DNA from: an uncultured delta proteobacterium
GTDB taxonomy: Bacteria > Desulfobacterota > Binatia > UBA9968
Assembly (NCBI GenBank): GCA_963771465.1
Contig: CAVYTU010000014.1
Location: 384,001-448,000, forward strand
DNA: 64,000 nt
Direction: 5' to 3'
Both the position numbers and the translations under genes were made by a program. Below the pieces are notes generated by a model, which made no database searches, had not been told where the DNA came from, and worked only from the letters and a program-made list of their open reading frames with translations. This document shows, piece after piece, positions 21,140 to 31,055 of the stretch (within the stretch, counting starts at the first letter, position 1; every line of letters begins with the position of its first letter).

Positions 21140-21254
21140 CGATCCAGCTACAAAATATGGGAGGGTTCCAGAAGTAAATCGTCTCCGCCTGAGTCATACT
21201 TTACTGCCTGTCAAGTAAAAGCCCGCCCGTGGAATTTTAAAAGGAGGTGCTCTT

Positions 21255-21302
21255 ATGGCTGCTAAGAAAAAAGCCAAGAAGAAAGCCAAAAAGAAAAAGT
21301 AA
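21255..21302 (+). CDS. 15-aa lysine-rich peptide MAAKKKAKKKAKKKK
   Basis: AAGGAGGT at 21241-48, ATG at 21255, TAA at 21300-02; has its own promoter and terminator. Confidence 0.75.
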   Translation: MAAKKKAKKKAKKKK

Positions 21303-21385
21303 CTATCTACTAGATGTGGGGTTGTGGTGGTGTTTTAAACCCTCCTTACTCTCAGGCGACAAGGTAACTGTTCTGGTTGCCTAAT

Positions 21386-21429
21386 ACACAGAGCCCTTCA
21401 AGCGTCAGCTTGAAGGGCTCTGTGTTTCT
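21386..21429 (+). terminator. Intrinsic terminator, perfect 18-bp stem
   Basis: ACACAGAGCCCTTCAAGC-GTCA-GCTTGAAGGGCTCTGTGT followed by TTCT. Confidence 0.85.
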
Positions 21430-21581
21430 GCCGCGTCCGCTTCACTTTTGAGTCATTGACTTCGCTGCACTTTCGCTCCTGACGCAACATCCGTTCAGTG
21501 TCCAGCTGTGGGTGAGCGCTCGGGTCGGCTCGGGAAGACTTAGTATTGCGTCGCTCCAATCAAATGGTTAGAGTTATTGCC

Positions 21582-22145
21582 GTGAATGTATTGTTTCACC
21601 GTCACTCGCTGGCGTTGATTCTGGTGACCTTGAGCGTGGTATCGCTGAAGCCGGCGCCGGCGTTGACGCAGTCGAAGGTTGATTACAAAGCCGTACCGAT
21701 TCTTCAGGCGATGAAAGAAGTCGCTCCGACACCGGAGATCAATCTCGCCACGCCGGACGGTAAAAAACTTTCGCTCAAGGATTTCCGCGGTAAGATCGTC
21801 CTGCTCAACTTCTGGGCGAGCTGGTGCGTGCCCTGTCGCGAAGAAATGCCGGCGATGGAAAAACTCTATCAGGAATTTAAAGACAAAAACTTCGTTATCC
21901 TCGCGGTGGCCGTCAAAGACCGCAAACAAGATGCCGTCGACTTCGCTAAAGAGCTCAAGATCACCTACCCGATCGCTCTCGATCCTGACGCAAAAGTCGG
22001 TCAGGAGTACGGTGCCTGGGGACTGCCCGCTACCTACATCATCGGTCCCAAGGGCGAAGGCCTTGCTCGCGGTTGGGGGCCGGCCGAATGGTACGGCAAC
22101 GGTGCGAGAAAATTGATCAGAGATCTGGTCGACGGTAAACGATGA
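21582..22145 (+). CDS. TlpA/ResA-like thiol-disulfide oxidoreductase
   Basis: LNFWASWCVPCREEMP, WGLPATY. The GTG start lies 7 nt after a TTGCGT-17-TAGAGT promoter. Confidence 0.9.
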   Translation: MNVLFHRHSLALILVTLSVVSLKPAPALTQSKVDYKAVPILQAMKEVAPTPEINLATPDGKKLSLKDFRGKIVLLNFWASWCVPCREEMPAMEKLYQEFKDKNFVILAVAVKDRKQDAVDFAKELKITYPIALDPDAKVGQEYGAWGLPATYIIGPKGEGLARGWGPAEWYGNGARKLIRDLVDGKR

Positions 22146-22879
22146 CCGATGTAAACGTATTCGTTGCCTTTGCCGCCGGTATTTTTTCCTTTCTTTCTCC
22201 CTGCGTCTTGCCGCTGATTCCCTCCTATCTATCATTCGTTTCGGGGGTTTCCCTCGAAGAGATGCGTAGCGATCAGGCGCGAACGCAAGTGCGTGGCCGC
22301 GTCGTGCTAAATTCGCTGGCATTTATCTTGGGATTTTCCCTTGTCTTCGTTTCCCTCGGTGCCTCGGCGAGCTTTCTCGGCAGCCTCTTTTTAAGTTATC
22401 GAAATATCATTCGCATCGGCGGCGGCATTTTCATACTCCTTGTCGGCCTTTACCTCGTGGGCGCCTTTAAGATCGCCGCGCTCGATCAGTATCTCCAGTT
22501 CAATCTCAAGGATAAGCCCGCCGGCTATCTCGGCTCCGTCTTAGTCGGCATCACGTTCGCTGTCGCGTGGACTCCCTGCGTTGGACCGATCCTCGGCGCG
22601 ACTTTAGCGCTGGCCAGCACCGCTGGCGAAGTCGGCCGCGGCACGTTTTTGCTCATGAGCTATGCCGCGGGCCTCGCTCTGCCGTTTTTCTTGAGCGCGC
22701 TGGCGATTAATTCGTTTGTGCAATTCTCGCAAAGCCTACGCGGTTATATTCAAGCCATTCACGTCATCGGCGGTGCGCTCCTGATCATCGTCGGCGTCTT
22801 ACTGATTACCGACTACATGACCTTCCTGAATATCTACGTGCTGCGCTTCACGCCCAATTGGTTGCTGCAGAAGCTTTAA
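22142..22879 (+). CDS. ccdA: Cytochrome c biogenesis protein CcdA
   Basis: SFLSPCVLPLIP and WTPCVGPILG motifs. Confidence 0.93.
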   Translation: MTDVNVFVAFAAGIFSFLSPCVLPLIPSYLSFVSGVSLEEMRSDQARTQVRGRVVLNSLAFILGFSLVFVSLGASASFLGSLFLSYRNIIRIGGGIFILLVGLYLVGAFKIAALDQYLQFNLKDKPAGYLGSVLVGITFAVAWTPCVGPILGATLALASTAGEVGRGTFLLMSYAAGLALPFFLSALAINSFVQFSQSLRGYIQAIHVIGGALLIIVGVLLITDYMTFLNIYVLRFTPNWLLQKL

Positions 22880-22975
22880 CCGACCTGGTTTGACCGTCCT
22901 GTGGCTAAATGTTAGTTTTCTAAAACTTTGTTGCCGTCGCGCGAGCTGCGTTGTTGGCCGATTGATGGAGCATTG

Positions 22976-23524
22976 ATGGAAGAACAGATCCGGCAAATAC
23001 TGAAGGCTATCGGTGAAGATCCCGAACGCGAGGGACTGCTAAAAACTCCTTCTCGAGTCGCTCAATCCCTGACCTTTTTAACCCGCGGCTACGATATGGA
23101 CCCGGCGAAAGTCATCAACGATGCGCTGTTTACTGAAGACTACGAAGAAATGATCGTCCAGAGAGACATCGATTTTTATTCGCTTTGCGAACACCATCTG
23201 CTGCCTTTTTTCGGCAAGGCCCATGTCGCTTATATTCCGCATCACAAGATTGTCGGCATCTCAAAACTCGCCCGCCTCGTCGACGTCTTCGCGCGCCGCC
23301 TGCAAGTGCAGGAGCGCATGACCAATCAGATCGCGACCACGATCATGGAAAAACTTGACGCCCTTGGCGTCGCCGTGGTCTTGGAAGCCGAGCATCTATG
23401 CATGCGCATGCGCGGCGTCGAAAAACAAAATTCGTATGTCATCACCAGCAGTTTGCTCGGCGCATTTCGCACTCGCACCGAGACTCGAAATGAATTCATG
23501 AACTTGATCCGGCGCAAAGACTGA
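22976..23524 (+). CDS. folE: GTP cyclohydrolase I
   Basis: [34 protein letters not shown]. Confidence 0.96.
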   Translation: MEEQIRQILKAIGEDPEREGLLKTPSRVAQSLTFLTRGYDMDPAKVINDALFTEDYEEMIVQRDIDFYSLCEHHLLPFFGKAHVAYIPHHKIVGISKLARLVDVFARRLQVQERMTNQIATTIMEKLDALGVAVVLEAEHLCMRMRGVEKQNSYVITSSLLGAFRTRTETRNEFMNLIRRKD

Positions 23525-23544
23525 CCAGGCAGAGCAAGATAACC

Positions 23545-25020
23545 ATGAATGCCAGCTTTCGTGACACCAACGTCGAGCGCATCAAGAGCGACCTGCTGGT
23601 GCTCCCCGTGCGGGAAAAGAAAATGGATGATCCGGCGCTGCGAGCTTTGGACCGCCGACTCAAAGGCCATCTGCGCGGACGCATCGAGCAAAGTAAGTTC
23701 ACCGGCGCCGAAGGCGCAACGCTGCTGATGGCCACGCTGGGAATGCTCCCCGCGGCACAAATTTTATTGATCGGCGTTGGCGCCGCGGACATGACCTGCG
23801 ATATCTGGCGCAAAACTGGCGCGCGGGCGCGCAAGGAAGCCGCCGCGATCGGCGCCGGCGAGATCGCAATCTTGTTCGCGCCGGACAACGATCCTGACAA
23901 CGCCGCGGGCGCGCTGGTCGAAGGCGCACTGCTGGCAAGCTATCAATTCAACAAATACCGCTCGACCTCACGAGCGCCGGCGGAACTGAAAACACTTACC
24001 TTATTTCGCACCGGTCTCAAGAAAACCGCGGCGATGCAAAAATCGGTCGATACCGCGCGAGCGATCATGCCAGCCATCTTTCTCGCCCGCGATCTGGTCA
24101 ACGAGTCGCCTTCCGTCGCCACCGCGCGCTTTCTCGGCGCCCAAGCGAAAGCTCATTGCCGCGGCCGCGGCCTTACGGTGGAAGTGTGGAATAAGAGAAA
24201 AATCGAGGCGATGAAGCTCGCTGGGTTGTTGGCGGTGAACCGCGGCAGCTTGGAAGAACCGCGCTTTATTAGAATTCATTACCAGCCGGCGCGCAAAGCG
24301 AGAAAGAAAGTCGCGCTCATCGGTAAGGGCATCACCTTCGACTCCGGCGGCTTGTCGCTCAAGCCCGCCAAATCGATGGAAACCATGAAGCTCGACATGG
24401 CCGGCGGCGCCGCCGTGATCGCCACCATGAGTTGTCTGCCCAAGCTCGCCCTCGACATCGAGGTCACCGGCTACGTACCGACAACGGATAATCTACCCGG
24501 ACACAACGCGCAAAAGCCGGGCGACGTGATTCGCTATCGCAACGGCAAAACCATTGAAGTGCTGAATACCGACGCTGAAGGCCGTTTGATCCTGGCTGAC
24601 GCGCTGGCGTTAGCCGCCGAGCAGAAACCAGACTATATGGTCAATCTGGCGACCTTGACGGGCGCTTGCATGACCGCGCTGGGCACCCAGGTCGGGGGAA
24701 TTTTCAGTAACAACCAGCCGCTCGCCGACAACCTCATGCGGAGCGGCCAGGAAGCCGGCGAGAAACTCTGGCAGCTGCCGTTGGTCAAGGAATACAAGGA
24801 GCTGATCAAGAGCAGTGTCGCCGATATGAAAAATATCGGCGGCGCTCATGGCGGCGCGATCACCGCGGCGTTGATCCTGCAAGAGTTCGTCGGCGATATT
24901 GCTTGGGCGCATTTGGACATCGCCGGTCCGGCCTTCGCTGAAAGCGACACCGCACTTTGTCCTAAAGGCGGCACCGGTTTCGGCGTCCGCACGCTTAGTA
25001 AATTTCTAACCGCATTGTGA
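23545..25020 (+). CDS. pepA: Leucyl aminopeptidase (M17)
   Basis: GKGITFDSGG, MKLDMAG, NTDAEGRL, WAHLDIAG. Confidence 0.95.
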   Translation: MNASFRDTNVERIKSDLLVLPVREKKMDDPALRALDRRLKGHLRGRIEQSKFTGAEGATLLMATLGMLPAAQILLIGVGAADMTCDIWRKTGARARKEAAAIGAGEIAILFAPDNDPDNAAGALVEGALLASYQFNKYRSTSRAPAELKTLTLFRTGLKKTAAMQKSVDTARAIMPAIFLARDLVNESPSVATARFLGAQAKAHCRGRGLTVEVWNKRKIEAMKLAGLLAVNRGSLEEPRFIRIHYQPARKARKKVALIGKGITFDSGGLSLKPAKSMETMKLDMAGGAAVIATMSCLPKLALDIEVTGYVPTTDNLPGHNAQKPGDVIRYRNGKTIEVLNTDAEGRLILADALALAAEQKPDYMVNLATLTGACMTALGTQVGGIFSNNQPLADNLMRSGQEAGEKLWQLPLVKEYKELIKSSVADMKNIGGAHGGAITAALILQEFVGDIAWAHLDIAGPAFAESDTALCPKGGTGFGVRTLSKFLTAL

Positions 25021-25029
25021 GGAGACAAA

Positions 25030-25356
25030 ATGGCCAAGATAACCGAAGTGGGCGATAATAATTTCGAAGCCGAAGTGATCAATTCGGCGGTTCCGGTGCT
25101 AGTGGACTTCTGGGCGCCTTGGTGCGGCCCGTGTAAAGCGATCGCGCCGATCGTCGAAGAGATCGCCGGCGAGTACGATGGCAAATTGAAAGTCACCAAA
25201 CTCAATGTCGATGACCATCCGGCCACGGCATCGCGCTATGGCATCCGTGGCATTCCGAATCTGATCATCCTCAAAGGCGGCGCCGTCAAAGAGCAAATCG
25301 TCGGCGCCGTGCCGAAAGCAAAGTTGGTCGCCGCCATCAACAAAGCCCTGCAGTAA
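25030..25356 (+). CDS. trxA: Thioredoxin
   Basis: WCGPC, 108 aa. Confidence 0.96.
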   Translation: MAKITEVGDNNFEAEVINSAVPVLVDFWAPWCGPCKAIAPIVEEIAGEYDGKLKVTKLNVDDHPATASRYGIRGIPNLIILKGGAVKEQIVGAVPKAKLVAAINKALQ

Positions 25357-25371
25357 ACCATCTGGAGAAAC

Positions 25372-25409
25372 TGGAGTAATGGGTTTCAGAGTCGCACCCC
25401 ATTACTCCA
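25372..25409. terminator. Hairpin between convergent trxA and rodA
   Basis: TGGAGTAATGGG / CCCATTACTCCA 12-bp stem flanked by degenerate units of the same motif. Confidence 0.65.
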
Positions 25410-25430
25410 ACATTCCATCACTGCGTCCCG

Positions 25431-26534
25431 TCAAAAAATATACCGGCGCATACTGACATTCATCATGACGCCGACCGCGAACATCATCGAAGCCAGCGCC
25501 GAGCCGCCATAGCTCACCATCGGCAGCGGCACCCCGACCACCGGCATAACACCGGACACCATGGCGACGTTGATCACCACATGCCAGAAAATAATCGCAA
25601 TCATGCCGAACACCAACAGCGCGCCAAAGCGATCCTTAGCCCGTTGCACCAAGCGGATACAGTAAGCGATCAAGACAAAGTAGAGCAGCAGTAAAACGGC
25701 GCAGCCGACCAATCCCCACTCTTCGGAAAACACCGCGAAGATAAAATCGGTATGCTGCTCCGGCAGAAAATTGAGCCGATTCTGCGTCCCGTGCATGAAC
25801 CCTTTGCCAAAAATCTTGCCCGACCCGATGGCGATCTGCGATTGAATGACATGATAGCCGGCGCCGAGCGGGTCGCGATCGGGATCGAGAAAGGTCAGAA
25901 TGCGGTTGCGCTGATAGTTTTTGAGGAACTGCCAAGCGATCGGCAGAAATGCCAGCCCCGCGGCGACTAGGTAAGCAAACGAACGCAGCCGCAATCCACC
26001 CATCAAGACCATGCTGATGAAAACCACGCCGAGAATAATTGCCGTGCCGAGATCGGGCTGGATCAGCGTCAGAAGCACCAACGGTAGGACCAACGCGAAG
26101 GGCACCCACAGGTCGCGCAGGTAGTAACCTCTGGGCGGCTCGTCGGTTTGAAAATATTTCGCCATCAGCAGCACGATGGCAAGTTTGGCCGGCTCAGACG
26201 GTTGCAGGCGAAAGAAACCGAGATTAATCCAACGCTGCGAGCCGCCGCCGGAATGGCCGATAATGATGACAAGAATCAACAAGATCAGCATGGCGCCATA
26301 AAACGGATAAGCTAGTCTATCGATATAGTGATAGTCGAAACTCATGGCGCCCAACATGGCGATCAATCCAAGTCCCAGCCAAGTCGCCTGGCGCATCGGT
26401 AGCGCGCCGGCGTGACCTTCGGCCATGTCATAGTTGGCGCTGTAAATCGTTACGATGCCGATGGCGACGATCACCAGCGGCAGCAAGAGTAGGGTCCAAT
26501 CGAGATGAGAAATCAGACGCCGGTCAATCTGCAC
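25431..26534 (-). CDS. rodA: Rod shape-determining protein RodA
   Basis: QRWI, QPSEPAK, QPDLGT, LPEQHTDFIF, SYGGS. Confidence 0.96.
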   Translation of the reverse strand: MQIDRRLISHLDWTLLLLPLVIVAIGIVTIYSANYDMAEGHAGALPMRQATWLGLGLIAMLGAMSFDYHYIDRLAYPFYGAMLILLILVIIIGHSGGGSQRWINLGFFRLQPSEPAKLAIVLLMAKYFQTDEPPRGYYLRDLWVPFALVLPLVLLTLIQPDLGTAIILGVVFISMVLMGGLRLRSFAYLVAAGLAFLPIAWQFLKNYQRNRILTFLDPDRDPLGAGYHVIQSQIAIGSGKIFGKGFMHGTQNRLNFLPEQHTDFIFAVFSEEWGLVGCAVLLLLYFVLIAYCIRLVQRAKDRFGALLVFGMIAIIFWHVVINVAMVSGVMPVVGVPLPMVSYGGSALASMMFAVGVMMNVSMRRYIF

Positions 26535-28398
26535 GAGTTTCTCCGTCTAGGCGGACTTGCTGCTTTTCAGTTTTTTGCTTCGCCTGCTCGACGAACTTTT
26601 CAAAGACCTTCTTAGCCATCGGCGCCGCGGCATCGCCGCCATGACCGCCATGTTCGACGAGCACGGCGATGGCAACTTGGGGATTTTGCACCGGCGCATA
26701 GGCGACGAACCAGGCATGATCGCGGCTGAAATAAGCCAGCTGTTCGCTTTTCACGTACGCGCCCTTCATCTCGACCACCTGCGCCGTGCCGGTTTTGCCG
26801 GCGATGTCGACGATCGGAGAGCGCGCCATACCGCCGGTGCCGCCTTTGACCACGTCGGCGAGCGCGCTGCGCACCCGGGTTAACGTGTCTGGCTTGATTT
26901 CGATGGTGCGGATCAGCTCCGGCCCATACTCGCGCACCGAAGTGCCGTCCACCGATTCGACTTTGCTGACGATGCGAGGACGAAAAAGTTTGCCGCCGTT
27001 AGCCACGGTCGCCATCATGTTCGCCATCTGCAATGGCGTCACCGTGACGTAGCCTTGGCCGATGGCCACGGAAACCGTTTCGCCTGGGTACCAGGGTTGG
27101 CGAAATCTTTTCATTTTCCACGCCGTGTCGGGAATCGTGCCGCCCCGTTCATCATCGAGAGCGATGCCGGATTTTTCGCCCAGACCGAAGGCGCGCGACC
27201 ACTTGGCGATGCGGTCGACACCGAGCTTCGGACCGAGTTGATAGAAATAGGTATCGCAGGAAATGACGATCGCATGGTGCAGATTGACCGAGCCATGGCC
27301 GCCTAGTTTCCAGTCGCGGAAGTTCCGATTGCCGAAGGAAAAAAAACCGGGATCGGAAATATGCGCGTCGGGATTGATCACACCTTCTTCGAGGCCGGCG
27401 ATGGCCATGACTATTTTGAATGTCGATCCCGGCGGAAACTGTCCCTGGGTGGCGCGATTGTTGAGCGGCCTGAGCTTATCGGTGGCCAGCGCATTCCACT
27501 CGCCGCCCTTAATACCGCGGGCGAAAACATTGGGATCGAAGGCCGGCGTGCTGGCGAGGGCGAGAATCGCGCCGCTATGAATATCGATGGCGACGATGGT
27601 GCCTTCCTTACCCTTGAGAGCCTCGTAGGCGGTCTGTTGTAGTTGCCGATCAAGAGTTAGATGAACGGTATAACCTGGCACGTCGCTGACTTCGTGCAGC
27701 ACGCGCACGCGCCGTCCGAGCGCGTCGACTTCGACTTGCTGGCCACCACTTTGGCCGCGTAGCACATATTCCCATTTTCGCTCCAGTCCGTATTGGCCGA
27801 TTTCATCGCCGATGGCGTAACCCTCTTCTTTGAATGTTTTGAGCTGCTTTTGATTGATCTCGCCGAGATAGCCGAGCACATGGGCCGCCGCTTGGCCGTC
27901 GACGTAGTTACGCCGCGGCCGCGCTCGTAATGTGATGCCGGGTAAATCGAGCTGATGAGTTTCCACCGCGACGATGGTCGACCACTCGACATCGCGGCCC
28001 AGAGTAATCTCATCGAACGCCGCCCGGCTTTTGTTGTCCTCATAGGTTTTTAAGAGTTCGCTTTCATCCCACTTGAGATAGCGCGCCAAGGAGCTGAGGG
28101 TCTTTTCTGGCGCGGTGCTATCTTCCGGCACGAAGAATAAATCGAAAGACGGCCGGCTATCGACCAATAACTCGCCGTGGCGGTCGAGCACCATGCCACG
28201 CGTCCCCGGCACGCGTTTGAGGCGGACACGGTTATTTTCCGACAGAAAGGTATAACGCTCGCCGTGAATTACTTGGAGAAAAATCATTCGCAGCGAAAGG
28301 CTGAGAAAGGCAAATATCAGAATCGCGAATAGCCACACCGAACGCCGGCGAAGTTCCGGTGCGCCGTCCTGTTTATTGATTTCACCAAGCGTAGCCAT
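26524..28398 (-). CDS. mrdA: Penicillin-binding protein 2
   Basis: PPGSTFK, SCD, KTGTAQ; start set at MATLGE. Confidence 0.95.
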   Translation of the reverse strand: MATLGEINKQDGAPELRRRSVWLFAILIFAFLSLSLRMIFLQVIHGERYTFLSENNRVRLKRVPGTRGMVLDRHGELLVDSRPSFDLFFVPEDSTAPEKTLSSLARYLKWDESELLKTYEDNKSRAAFDEITLGRDVEWSTIVAVETHQLDLPGITLRARPRRNYVDGQAAAHVLGYLGEINQKQLKTFKEEGYAIGDEIGQYGLERKWEYVLRGQSGGQQVEVDALGRRVRVLHEVSDVPGYTVHLTLDRQLQQTAYEALKGKEGTIVAIDIHSGAILALASTPAFDPNVFARGIKGGEWNALATDKLRPLNNRATQGQFPPGSTFKIVMAIAGLEEGVINPDAHISDPGFFSFGNRNFRDWKLGGHGSVNLHHAIVISCDTYFYQLGPKLGVDRIAKWSRAFGLGEKSGIALDDERGGTIPDTAWKMKRFRQPWYPGETVSVAIGQGYVTVTPLQMANMMATVANGGKLFRPRIVSKVESVDGTSVREYGPELIRTIEIKPDTLTRVRSALADVVKGGTGGMARSPIVDIAGKTGTAQVVEMKGAYVKSEQLAYFSRDHAWFVAYAPVQNPQVAIAVLVEHGGHGGDAAAPMAKKVFEKFVEQAKQKTEKQQVRLDGETRAD

Positions 28399-28403
28399 CG
28401 GGT

Positions 28404-28910
28404 TTATTGCGCCGCCGGCTGAAGTTTTTCCAGAGAACTTTCCGCGCGCCGCAACACGCCAAACATGAACGGCGCAAGTACAGCGGCGATGAGCGCCTCC
28501 GTGACGATATACTGGGCCGCGCCTTTCCAAAAGCCTTCAGTGCTCAAAAACAAAAGCCAAACCAAAACTAAGCCTAGGCCTTTGACCAGCGCGGCCAACA
28601 AAACGATGATCGAACTGACGATCGGATGATGCAGCCAGATCGAACGCGAGCCGAGATAAGCGGCGATAAAGACTAGCGACATGGCGAAAGCGTTAATGCC
28701 GAGGAGCCGGCTTGAAATAATATCAACCGAATAGCCTAAGAGAAAGGAGCCCACAGCAGCGCCGACGGTGGGATGATGCAGCCCCCAGTAGACGCAGAGA
28801 ATCAAAATGAGATCCGGCACGATCGGCCCGATCGGCAAGAGACGTTGCACGGTGGTCTGCAAGATAACCAAGAAAATACCGATGGTAAAAAACATCAAGG
28901 AAAGTTTCAT
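28404..28910 (-). CDS. mreD: Rod shape-determining protein MreD
   Basis: Hydrophobic with VPDLILIL; lies between mreC and mrdA. Confidence 0.9.
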   Translation of the reverse strand: MKLSLMFFTIGIFLVILQTTVQRLLPIGPIVPDLILILCVYWGLHHPTVGAAVGSFLLGYSVDIISSRLLGINAFAMSLVFIAAYLGSRSIWLHHPIVSSIIVLLAALVKGLGLVLVWLLFLSTEGFWKGAAQYIVTEALIAAVLAPFMFGVLRRAESSLEKLQPAAQ

Positions 28911-28935
28911 CGCCGGGTCTTGTCCAACCAGAGGG

Positions 28936-29775
28936 TTAATTCTTCGCTGGGCCGCTGTCGGCGCCGATGGCAACGACTAAGACTTCTTCGACGCGCGACG
29001 GTTGCACGGCCGGCAAGACCTCGACGAACTGAAACAGGCCGAGATTCTGCTTGTTCACATGAGTCACCGTCCCGACCATAAGGCCTTTGGGGAAGACGCC
29101 GTCTAAGCCAGAGGTGATCAGCCGGTCGCCGACTTGAATGTCTTCGCTCCGTTTCATGTACTTCAAGACCAAGCCGTTCTCGAGCGACCCCGATACAATG
29201 CCGCGGCTGCGGGTGCGTTGAATCACCACATCGATGCCGCTGTTGGCATCGGTGAGGAGAATCACTTTCGCGCTACGCGTGCTGGTGGAAACGACTTTGC
29301 CGACGACACCTAATGGCGTCACCACCGCCATGTCTTTGTGCACGCCGTCGGCGCTTCCCTTATCGAGCACGCAGCCTTGAAACCAACTGCTGGCGCTGTC
29401 GGCGATGATCGATGCGGTGAGCGCTTTCGCCGGCAGCTGCGTGCGAAAGTCCAACAACTCCTGCAGTTTGCGATGGGTCGCTTGGGCCTCCAAAAATTTT
29501 TGCCGCTCGACCTCGAGGGATTGAATGCGTTTGCGCAGCCGCTCGTTTTCCGATTTAAAGCCCGACATGGTCAGATAATTCTCTTGAATACCGATCAGCC
29601 AACCGGAAGTCGATTGCGCGGCGATCTGCAGCGGCCGCATGAGCCACATCAACACCACGCCCACCGGTTCGTTGGTTAATTGACCGCGCGCCGAGACGGT
29701 AAGAATGTAAAGAGACAATAAAACGCAGAAACAAGCGCTAACGGGAATCTGATTCTTGCGCAGAAAAGCGAGCAT
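28936..29775 (-). CDS. mreC: Rod shape-determining protein MreC
   Basis: ENERLR coiled coil, LDKGSADGV, TSGLDGVFPKGL. Confidence 0.94.
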   Translation of the reverse strand: MLAFLRKNQIPVSACFCVLLSLYILTVSARGQLTNEPVGVVLMWLMRPLQIAAQSTSGWLIGIQENYLTMSGFKSENERLRKRIQSLEVERQKFLEAQATHRKLQELLDFRTQLPAKALTASIIADSASSWFQGCVLDKGSADGVHKDMAVVTPLGVVGKVVSTSTRSAKVILLTDANSGIDVVIQRTRSRGIVSGSLENGLVLKYMKRSEDIQVGDRLITSGLDGVFPKGLMVGTVTHVNKQNLGLFQFVEVLPAVQPSRVEEVLVVAIGADSGPAKN

Positions 29776-29822
29776 GGCCGGCTAGTTCGCCTCGGACAGT
29801 CGGGAGGTGTGAGCCCTTGAGC

Positions 29823-30962
<1,140 letters not shown>

Positions 30963-31055
30963 TTAGCGGATCCGCGAACGGTTGCATTGATGAGGCCCAT
31001 TTTCTATCATGGGTGGACTTCCCTTACCTCATTTGATCGAAAGGTTCCTTGCTCC

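Noticed and set aside
21255-21429. Lysine attenuator leader
   Set aside because: No lysine genes follow, the terminator is about 85 nt past the stop with no evident antiterminator, and tlpA has its own promoter.
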